Made by a program: the position numbers and the translations under genes. This document shows positions 58,301 to 64,000 of a stretch of DNA of 64,000 nucleotides, one piece after another (position 1 is the stretch's first letter; every line of letters starts with the position of its first letter). The notes under the pieces were generated by a model. That model was not told where the DNA came from. It saw nothing but the letters and a program-made list of their open reading frames with translations, and searched no databases. The stretch is from Candidatus Kaiserbacteria bacterium (lineage in GTDB: Bacteria > Patescibacteriota > Minisyncoccia > Phycocordibacterales > UBA2100): positions 129,837-193,836 of the forward strand of contig JACRFI010000016.1 in NCBI GenBank assembly GCA_016217965.1. Reading direction: 5' to 3'.

Positions 58301-61300
58301 CCCTTAGTACGACAACGCTCTATGGCGCACTTGGAGCTGCGGGGCAGGTTTTGATGTCGAACGGAACAAGTGTGGTGTGGGCTGCGACTTCAACATGTAT
58401 TCAAATAACAGGCTCGTCGGCGCTCTGCGATGGCGACGATGCAACAGGGGGAGGGGGCGCATCATTCGGACAGGCGTGGGAAGTTTTCGGCGCCGGAGCA
58501 GGTGCGTACCTCGCTCCTACCTCCACTGTGCAAAGCATAATCGTCGCCGCATCATCAACAATAGGAAGCGGCACACAGGCAGGAGGTCTCACGATTCTCG
58601 GAGGGGCGACAACAACGGGAAACTTGAGAGTACAAGGTAATGCGACAACAACTAACCTTGCTATCACTGCGTTGAATTGTTCGACATCTGGACAGCTACT
58701 TCAAACTGATTCAAGCGGAAATGTTATTTGCGGAACTGATGATTCGGGAGGCGGAGGGTCACTTCAGGGTGCATTTGATGGGGGAGCGACAATCGAAACA
58801 GCCGCCGCACCGATGATCGTAACAGAAACAACAGCCGCCGCGCATTCGCATGATCTATTGCAGCTCACTGCTAATGCTGTAACCGGCGGTACGTTTTCCG
58901 GCGACGCGCTTCAGATAACTATGGACGCAGCCGATGCAAATGCGCACACAGGAAACGGACTCCATATACTAGTCGATCAATCGCAAAACACCGGCTTTCC
59001 AGTATTAATTGAAGATGATGCAGGAGTAGATTTGCTAGCTGTTTCCGAAAGCGGAGGACTGACGTTGGGCAGCGCCGCAAACGGTCGCTCGGACATGACC
59101 GTGTATGGAGATGTTATCAGCAAGGGCTACACGATACAGCGTTCGCTCGCGAATATTATTGATCTTGTTATTTACGACACCACAAAGGATAGCGACAAGG
59201 GGGCGTGGCGCAAGAGCACGATGTCGTCAGGTCTATCATGGTACACAGAAACTAAAGACGACGGGCCGTCTGACACGTGTGTTATAGCGTCCGACGATAG
59301 GTGCGGTTCATCAGAATTTCCTCGCAAGGCGATCCTGGCGACGACTGCTGACGGCCTTTACATATTTGACGCGAAAGATAATTCGCTCTGGATGAAATTT
59401 ACTCAAGTTAGTGTAACTGGCGCACTCGGAGCCGATTCCACCAATAATCCTTCTGGCGTAGGAGCGGTCAACGGTGTGATATATGTCGGAACTAACGGCG
59501 CTGCCGCGACCGGCATGTACGCGTTTGATTTCACGCAAGATAGGATGTATCGCTACAACGCGACAAACCGCGTACAGGGGGATGTTGCGATCGGAAGCCG
59601 CAATACGACAGTTACCTATGCGACGAACGCTGATACAAACCTCGCGATATTGAACGCAACAGTAAACGACGTATCGGCCGCGATGCAATTAGGATCATCA
59701 GATGGATTCACCGTGACGCAGTCAATTCCAGATAACGATGATATCCAGCCCCTGCGGGGTGTGGTCTTGATAGCCGCCGCGAACGATTCCGGCGTGAGCG
59801 TCGTTCGACCGGATATTCAGAAGGTACTTAATTATTCTGATGTAACCAATGACGATTACAACACCGTCTTTGTCACAAGTCGTGGCCGTATGTATGCGGC
59901 GAACGAGACTCAAGGGCAGTTGGAGGAATGGAGGAACATTGACAGAGACCTGGTGTCGGAAGCAAACGGAACGCCCGATGAAGCGTTCGACGAGCTTACT
60001 ACGAACCCAACGATAACAACGGGGGCCGCTCCGACCATATTAACTTCGCCTGCGACGATCGCTGTTCTCGAGCGCGCCTCAAAGGCCAAAGAAACTGCTA
60101 CGACCGGCACCAACGACTCCGGCGACATTATTTATTTCGGGACCAACCTAGGCCTCGCTGAAATTCACGAATCCGGTGGCGTTCTTATCGCAGGCACGAC
60201 GGGCGCTTGGACAAAAATCATCACGACGGCAACTTCGACCCCGTTGATGCCAGCTGGCCCCCGAAGTGTCTTCCTATTTGATGAACCCGTAGGCGCGACA
60301 CAAGCGCATAGTGCTATCGGCGTTGCCGGTACAACCCGCAACGTCATGGATCAAGCAGGAGCTACTGCACCGACATTCGGTGGTACGGGCGTCCGTGGCA
60401 ATTCGGTAAACTTCAATAACAACTCGTACCTATGTTCGGATGCCAATGCAGATGGCACTTGCGATGCTGATACTGATTACAACGCGGGAACAATAAGTTT
60501 TACTGTGTCATTGTGGTTTAAGCACTCCGTTACTGCGGCATCTGATACATTATTTGAGAGGTGCTACACGCCAGCAGTACCAGCTGTCGCGGTTGGTTGC
60601 ATATGGGCTGGTATGACCTCAACAGGTGCGATCAAGGTTGGTTTGGATAGTATTACCACATGGACATACGAAACTACCTACGACGACTCGATTACCTCAA
60701 CGGCACTCTACAACGACAACCAGTGGCATCACTTGGTATATACCAACACCGACACGGACATCTGTCTTTATATTGATGGAAAACAGGCGGGAGCCTGCGA
60801 TATTGCTCTCGCAGCGACGGCCACCATGGACGCATCACAAGTCTTAACCATCGGCGGAGTATGTTCGGGAGCAAACTGTACTACCGGGACAAACTTCTGG
60901 GACGGATCGATTGATGATTTTGTCTGGAGTTCAAACGTGAACACCACTGCAAGCGGTGTTAACCCAGAAGGAGCAAGCGCGCTCTATCTGGACGGCAGAA
61001 CGCATATGATGCAGACAAATAGAGCGGTAACCGCTGCGACAACGTTCAGCGCAAGTACCATCGGTGATTCCGGAGAAGCGTGGGTACCGAACGAATTCGT
61101 GGGGAAAATCGTAACGATAACTGGCGGTACGGGCTCTGGTCAGACTCGTCGCGTTACATCAAATACGTCGACCGTGCTCACGGTGACGCCAAACTGGGGG
61201 ACAACACCAGACACTTCGTCCAACTTTGAAATAGACCCGGAGCACTTGCTAGGTGCAACTGATAATGTGACCGCCGTTGCCGTTGACCCAATGGTCCAAT

Positions 61301-63207
61301 TTGGCAAGGCGCGCCGGGTATACGTGGGAACGAGCAATGGTACCGACGGCGGTGCGGTGACGGTATTTTCAGACGCTGCCGTGGGTTCGTATGTGGTTGA
61401 CGCGCTGCACACTGATGCGGGCCTCTCGAGCGATGATTTCGGCTCGGCATGGTCTGGAGCAGATGCCGATGATATCCAGGCGATCGCGGTGCAATCCGGA
61501 ACTGTTGCCTATGGATCGCTCGCATTTATTCGCGCAACGCAAAATGACGTGAGTGCAGAGGAGGATCGTCTTCTTATGATCGGTGCAATCAACGGCATTC
61601 AGCAAGAATTGATCTCTCACTACCTGTTCGGGTCAACGCAAAATACGCTCGGCGTTGGAAATGGTGCTGACTTAGCAGAGCGTTACACCTCAACGGAAAC
61701 GCTCGAAGCGGGAGAAATAGTATCTGTCGACTCTGCTGTGTCGCTTGGTATAAAACGATCCAACGCAGCGTATCAGAAAGACGTGCTTGGCGTTGTTGCG
61801 ACAAAACCTGGGCTGATTTTGGGACCGGCAAGCGATACTACCTATCCAGTTGCGCTTGTTGGTCGAGTGCCGGTGAAGTTCACGACGGAAAACGGAATTC
61901 CAAAAGTTGGCGAAAGGATAGCAGCATCAACAATTCCGGGTTACGGAATGAGAGCGACGAAAGCGGGGCGAGTACTCGGCGCAACACTTGAGACTGTGGA
62001 TACGGAACAACTTGTATTGTGCCCGGGCGACGCGGAAAATGCGACACGCCGATGCGGGCAGGTAATGGTCTTTGTGAACCTCGTGGATTACGGCGGCGTT
62101 TCGCTCTCGGTACTAATGAATGAGAAAAAGGAAATCACGCTCAACTCCGGTCTTACGAAGAGTGTAGAAATTGCAGAGCCGCTTCCGACCTGTGGCGTGT
62201 TTTCCGGTGATGCCTCGGCGACAAGTACGGAAGATATTGCAACCACGACCGATGTCGTTGAAACTGAACCGTGCCTGGAACCTTCACTGCTTGCATCGGC
62301 GACGTCGACCGAGGCGACCTCAACGCCTGTAGTTGCCGATCGAGATCTCGACATTCTCGATTTCCTCCGCGATTATAAAGCGACGATCGACACCAATTCG
62401 TCCCTGGATTCCGAAATATTTACCGACCGCTTGAACGCAGGGATAGAGATATTTAGCCCGCGCATCGTCGCCAATGGCCTTCGTGTCGATACCATTGACG
62501 CCTTGTCCGAGCAGATCCGTATCAACCCCGACATTCTGTTCTTCGGTCGGCCATACTTTACGGTGGATACTGCCGGATTTGCGCTCGTGAAAAAAGGCGC
62601 GCAAGAAGTCTCTATCATCTTCAGTCGGGAATATCTCGACAAACCTATCATCAATGTAACGCTTGCTTCATCAGACGGCGTCGCATCAAGCCCGCAAAGT
62701 GCATCTGCTATCCAAGCGCTTCTCGGCAGCGATATCAGATTCCTTGTTGCGAACGCTACGACAACGGGCTTTACGATCTATCTCAATAAACCAGCTAGTG
62801 AGGATATTTCGTTCAATTGGATCGCGATTGCCGTACAAGGGGCACGAACGACGGAGTCCGAGGGCCTCGTTGTCGAATCCTTACCAGAGCCCGTCATTGT
62901 TCCTCCCGCACCCGAAGAAATAGAATGGGATGAGATTGCCACTTCCACGGTTGAAATAGTCGAGGAGCCTAGTGCGACTTCCACTCCTGGAGCACATCCA
63001 GAACTCGAGTTGCTCCCTGAAGATACTCCGACGCCTGAAGAGGAACTATCAGCGGAAACAGAAGCGCCAACTGAAGCATCTGTCCAAACGCAAGAAGAAC
63101 TCGTCGAAGGATCTGTCCCAGAAGAGACGGCGGAGCCGGAACAGCCAGTCGTAGAGGCCAACGTTCCTATTGAACCTATACCTCTGGATGAATTACCCGC
63201 AGAGTGA
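49318..63207 (+). CDS. Giant repetitive surface/fibre protein (4629 aa)
   Basis: Signal-like N-terminus, ISYQGRL, many GGTG and ATST/NASST repeats, LamG-like domain (WHHLVY, LYIDG), GADLAERY chaperone/autocleavage-like motif, acidic Pro/Glu tail. Confidence 0.85.
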   Translation: MGNLRLHELAAAVLIVGTLVASIPIGGFFRALSAEAASLPTIISYQGRLTDSSGNLLGGSGTTYYLKFSIWDSATVGSGTRVWPTSAPTATTANVRQGVFTVNIGDTANGYPDALNYLFDSTSVYLQVEVSSSGSSYETLSPRQQISSSVFSQVSGATRGVGQSAIGTTTPHATSVLTVEATTSATTALTVRAAPSQSANLIDILNAAGTSLLSIDAVGNMTALARALFGYASSTAFSALDGLYVGRTSTTTILSNATSTFGAGISATALNITSSSASSTFANGINLTNGCFSINGTCVAGAGSNVWGAITGTLANQTDLQSALDAKLALTAWYSTTTTALAEGLNQYFTNARADARINATSTVGTLTSAPNLNTVSTSLTGFVKATAGVLATSLINLASDVTGVLSVSNGGSGWASVATGAVLYGNGSSALATTTSGSNGQVLALVSGVPAWVSTTTLSTIAGTLGIGSGGTGLSSTPTYGQVLIGNASSGYTLSGTSTLGVAIGDTTGTLAVNRGGTGVTSILDFLTLGTHTTGNYIATLADGGNGSLTISNSGSENAAVIAALNLGNANTWTGKQDFYGAASSTLLSSNKLYVGDTATTTILGSATSTFGAGVQMTALNVTSSSASSTFANGILLASGCFRMPDGTCLSSSGGLGLTTLNGLIAAVQTFAAGSSGTDFNIDSSVATHTFNIPSSSGSNRGLLTAADWTTFNSKAGSASPTFTGLVTLPNASSTMLSVLDAIFVGGTATTTIRGDGVASSIPYASTTAITATTASTTNLVASNSFTLGSVTGFLKATAGAVATSLINLASDVTGILPVTNGGTGWGNLASGAILLGNGTSAVATTSAGTNGQVLALVSGVPAWVSTTTLANISGTLGVASGGTGALTFGQGWLYSSGGTGALAASTSPTINYLVATSTTATSTFAAGISTTRLQTSATSTLADVVSQSILPAADAAYDLGSATNRFRDLYLSTASLHLESTVGETGNAKQWKFGIDTGNGTQSGTTTGFFRIQEGNSEMLYINHAGQVGIGISNPSSRLQVKGNPFLSGFSSGTISSSGTTVTGSGTSFQFGFNKISVGDQILANSQIRTVTAISSNTSLTIDSAFSPALSGEIYQTQQPIARFDSSAGDTKFIVGPGGNIGIGDLNPIGLLSVGSGDKFYIDALGTVASGTWNGKPVGALYGGTGLGATPTYGQVLVGNSGGGYALVATSTLGLGGSGGTVSSVQASGGTTGLSFSGGPVTTSGTFTLGGILNVSNGGTGWSDLASGAVLYGNGTAGVATTSAGAGGSVLALLNGVPTWTATTTLSTISGTLGVAKGGTGVTSAPTYGQLLIGNASNGYSLLATSTLGILTTNIEEGSNQYFTNARADARINATSTIGTLTSAPNLGTIATSLTGFVKATAGSLATSLINLASDVTGILPVTNGGTGWGNLASGVILLGNGTGAVATTSAGTNGQVLALVNGTPSWVATTTLANISGTLGVSSGGTGATTLSDLITLGTHSAGNYLATLSSSGSITVGGSGSENAAASVNINLGNANSWTALQQFTNASTSLVSASDALYVGRTATTTIRGEASATSTFAGGVDITKGVNLNSGYIFGAGLSSCSGSSDKLVWNAATGQFGCGADAGAGGGITGLKGQYSSTQTGSTQTFATSSDANVQLTITSSGDTHTFTPIWNGSLSVARGGTGSTTLTGILKGNGTGQVQSAIAGTDYVSSVTGDWTGTFDGQEGTYYTNATNLTNFGVPFYNFFSATTTDALAQGSTNKYYSDAFVNSYIHSSTTIPKTYTANTFTNTNTFNGSTNLSNASSTNMTIATLASTSQLVASNSFTFSNVTGFLKATAGTVATAAIDLANDVTGILGVNRGGTGWSNIASGAIVLGNGTGALATTSVGINGQVLALVNGTPSWVATTTAGTGLSYNGSAFSVNTSQNIATISNLTSNGFVRTSGGNGALSIDTATYLTDITGSSIEALNDVAAMTENFGDLLHWNGSTWTDLATSSLAINFSNLVVDAQDIDGELIADDTIDDDSIDFADITLSDFTNDANFASFAYPFPANATTTLLSLSGGFTATNATTSNSFGGRVTANTFSSGQSASTTIDSSGNTVVGGTLLVTGQTTLATSLSGFLKATAGVVATSLIDLANDVTGILGVNRGGTGWGNLASGAILLGNGTGAVATTSVGTNGQVLALSGGVPTWIATTTAGTGLTYTGSAFNVDLGTSIAANELASADFGDWTCNGTSCSLDSDTVADSEIDYTNVTLNDFTNDANFITTSGANTFTSLQQFQGNASTTKLSVYSNAYFGATATSSFSSTGVLTLATDLAVSEGGTGASTLTGLLQGNGTGAFTAVSDSSTVGQVLRTTGASTYAWGALDLSDTDAVTGTLPIARGGTNQSTFAANALLYFDGTSITATSTRPLYVGAINATTTATSTFQGGVSVLNFAQTGTASSTFSNGIQLAAGCFRMPDGTCVGSGGAGSTAWDTIGNPTLDGDIAFGGTSQNIDANTNDVTALAQDALTLTMTNDAATDILSQRLFVLENIASANGMENFIVIDNQDTDDAVVTGIDFVSAAGGITTAIDLDSANIGTGISLGANDIVGTNAVINFDAFDVDASGNITGITLDTGQGANELFDMDQNVLTSSAPSFAGLTLTGNASFLNATSTNLFSARQTASVAAFGATATSSFSSTGVLTLATDLSVTEGGTGASTLTGLLQGNGTGAFTALSDSSTVGQILRVTGASTYAWGALDLADSDAITGDLPFTNITQIAANSILGNITGATGDVAAIATSSLFTGSNGQALARANGTWVGVATTTAGTGLTYTGSAFNVNSTQSISALSNLTSNGFVKTSGGNGTLSVDTATYLTAALTSIGPTGQTSSGPAITFATSTSATNGLTSAITIVGSGATMTYTPSLSGTLTVAGGGTGVGTFSSGQLLYGNGTNALSSVATSSLAVGNGLAVSSGSLGYQIGGSNVSLGLAAIGANTILGNGTGASAVPTALSTTTLYGALGAAGQVLMSNGTSVVWAATSTCIQITGSSALCDGDDATGGGGASFGQAWEVFGAGAGAYLAPTSTVQSIIVAASSTIGSGTQAGGLTILGGATTTGNLRVQGNATTTNLAITALNCSTSGQLLQTDSSGNVICGTDDSGGGGSLQGAFDGGATIETAAAPMIVTETTAAAHSHDLLQLTANAVTGGTFSGDALQITMDAADANAHTGNGLHILVDQSQNTGFPVLIEDDAGVDLLAVSESGGLTLGSAANGRSDMTVYGDVISKGYTIQRSLANIIDLVIYDTTKDSDKGAWRKSTMSSGLSWYTETKDDGPSDTCVIASDDRCGSSEFPRKAILATTADGLYIFDAKDNSLWMKFTQVSVTGALGADSTNNPSGVGAVNGVIYVGTNGAAATGMYAFDFTQDRMYRYNATNRVQGDVAIGSRNTTVTYATNADTNLAILNATVNDVSAAMQLGSSDGFTVTQSIPDNDDIQPLRGVVLIAAANDSGVSVVRPDIQKVLNYSDVTNDDYNTVFVTSRGRMYAANETQGQLEEWRNIDRDLVSEANGTPDEAFDELTTNPTITTGAAPTILTSPATIAVLERASKAKETATTGTNDSGDIIYFGTNLGLAEIHESGGVLIAGTTGAWTKIITTATSTPLMPAGPRSVFLFDEPVGATQAHSAIGVAGTTRNVMDQAGATAPTFGGTGVRGNSVNFNNNSYLCSDANADGTCDADTDYNAGTISFTVSLWFKHSVTAASDTLFERCYTPAVPAVAVGCIWAGMTSTGAIKVGLDSITTWTYETTYDDSITSTALYNDNQWHHLVYTNTDTDICLYIDGKQAGACDIALAATATMDASQVLTIGGVCSGANCTTGTNFWDGSIDDFVWSSNVNTTASGVNPEGASALYLDGRTHMMQTNRAVTAATTFSASTIGDSGEAWVPNEFVGKIVTITGGTGSGQTRRVTSNTSTVLTVTPNWGTTPDTSSNFEIDPEHLLGATDNVTAVAVDPMVQFGKARRVYVGTSNGTDGGAVTVFSDAAVGSYVVDALHTDAGLSSDDFGSAWSGADADDIQAIAVQSGTVAYGSLAFIRATQNDVSAEEDRLLMIGAINGIQQELISHYLFGSTQNTLGVGNGADLAERYTSTETLEAGEIVSVDSAVSLGIKRSNAAYQKDVLGVVATKPGLILGPASDTTYPVALVGRVPVKFTTENGIPKVGERIAASTIPGYGMRATKAGRVLGATLETVDTEQLVLCPGDAENATRRCGQVMVFVNLVDYGGVSLSVLMNEKKEITLNSGLTKSVEIAEPLPTCGVFSGDASATSTEDIATTTDVVETEPCLEPSLLASATSTEATSTPVVADRDLDILDFLRDYKATIDTNSSLDSEIFTDRLNAGIEIFSPRIVANGLRVDTIDALSEQIRINPDILFFGRPYFTVDTAGFALVKKGAQEVSIIFSREYLDKPIINVTLASSDGVASSPQSASAIQALLGSDIRFLVANATTTGFTIYLNKPASEDISFNWIAIAVQGARTTESEGLVVESLPEPVIVPPAPEEIEWDEIATSTVEIVEEPSATSTPGAHPELELLPEDTPTPEEELSAETEAPTEASVQTQEELVEGSVPEETAEPEQPVVEANVPIEPIPLDELPAE

Positions 63208-64000
63208 TCACTTACCAGAATACTGCTCGTCGATTTTTCCGTACACGAATTCAGACACATCGGCTATCGCCCTTTCGAGGACTGGCGTCTCTGATCCGCG
63301 TGTCATGACGCATAGAAGATATGGATGCTTAGGATAGTAGATAATACCGCAGTCGTGGAGATGTCGCTCTCCGGTATTGATTTGTCGCTCACCAAATTTA
63401 TGCGCCACAGTGACGTTAACAGGAACTCCTTTTCGGAGACCGTTCGTGTAATCGATTCTTGTAAGAAGCCCTAATGCTTGCTCTGACCTTTCTTGCGAGA
63501 GGAATGACGAGTTATAAAGAATGCGGAAGAATGCCGCGTACTGTTTGACCGAGAGCGAAGCAGCCGAATTTGTCACGACTGAGGAGTCCACGCCGAGAAG
63601 GTTATAAAGGTGTGTATGATCCTCGAGAGGCAATTCTTTAAAGAGAAGGAGAAGTGCGTCGTTGTCGGAGTACATGATCATTCGTTCGATCAGGCCATCG
63701 ATAGTGTATTCATTACCCCTCGTAAGGCGTTCGGCCGGGACGATGGTTTGATGTGCAGCTGATGTGTCTGTCCCGGTAAAAAGGAGTTTGCGCTCTAAGA
63801 TGCTCGCATTATGATCGGCCGCCCGATAGTACGCCATCATAATTGGGACTTTGAGAAGGCTTGCGGGGACGAACGGATCATCTTGCTTTACGCCGAACGT
63901 CGGGCCGTTGTTGAGGTCGCGAAAGTAAACGGCTATTTCGCTGACGGAAGTTTCTTTCTCGAGCGATGCAATGACGTCTTCCAATCCCGATTTGAAGTTT
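63208..64000 (-). CDS. Class A beta-lactamase-like serine hydrolase (5' end beyond window)
   Basis: PASLLK (SxxK), YSDN, HKFG, HDCGII; frame stays open to the window edge. Confidence 0.85.
   Translation of the reverse strand, partial: NFKSGLEDVIASLEKETSVSEIAVYFRDLNNGPTFGVKQDDPFVPASLLKVPIMMAYYRAADHNASILERKLLFTGTDTSAAHQTIVPAERLTRGNEYTIDGLIERMIMYSDNDALLLLFKELPLEDHTHLYNLLGVDSSVVTNSAASLSVKQYAAFFRILYNSSFLSQERSEQALGLLTRIDYTNGLRKGVPVNVTVAHKFGERQINTGERHLHDCGIIYYPKHPYLLCVMTRGSETPVLERAIADVSEFVYGKIDEQYSGK

Noticed and set aside
49318-63207. Prophage tail gene
   Set aside because: No capsid, terminase, portal or lysis genes nearby; it has a signal-like N-terminus and sits in a chromosomal signalling/surface cluster.
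49665-63260. Many minus-strand ORFs within the giant gene
   Set aside because: Expected from the Thr/Ser/Gly/Ala codon bias of the sense frame; their Val/Pro-rich translations mirror the repeats.
63208-64000. Bona fide antibiotic-resistance beta-lactamase
   Set aside because: KTG is KFG and no clear omega-loop ExxLN motif is seen; only fold-level similarity can be supported.

Overview
Chromosomal window in standard genetic code (TGA is used as a stop). Gene content and style suggest a Patescibacteria/CPR bacterium, Parcubacteria-like (inference). From left to right it contains: a type IV pilus cluster (pilT, pilC, six pilins, pilD); ligA-gatC-gatA; a tRNA-rich accessory region (tRNA-fMet, tRNA-Met, tRNA-Asp); and a ~6.1 kb serine-recombinase element integrated at the tRNA-Asp 3' end. 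That element appears to swap the recombinase C-terminus on integration, and it carries a ~460-nt highly structured non-coding region, a switch-like leader and a fused restriction-modification gene. Next come a 1037-aa PLP-fold protein, a TrmB regulator and a short RelA/SpoT protein; tgt, gdh, two tRNA-Thr, prfB, ftsEX, pyrG, guaB, a CapA-family gene and tRNA-Gln; an MFS transporter; and a dockerin/cohesin surface-protein trio. A signalling operon follows (receiver, queuosine-precursor transporter, kinase-less Cache-HAMP sensor, ethylene-receptor-like histidine kinase, receiver-Com fusion), directly upstream of a 4629-aa giant surface protein whose GTG start is buried in a hairpin. Three free-standing endonuclease genes each sit immediately 5' of a tRNA. 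All calls come from reading motifs by eye; no searches or folding programs were run.
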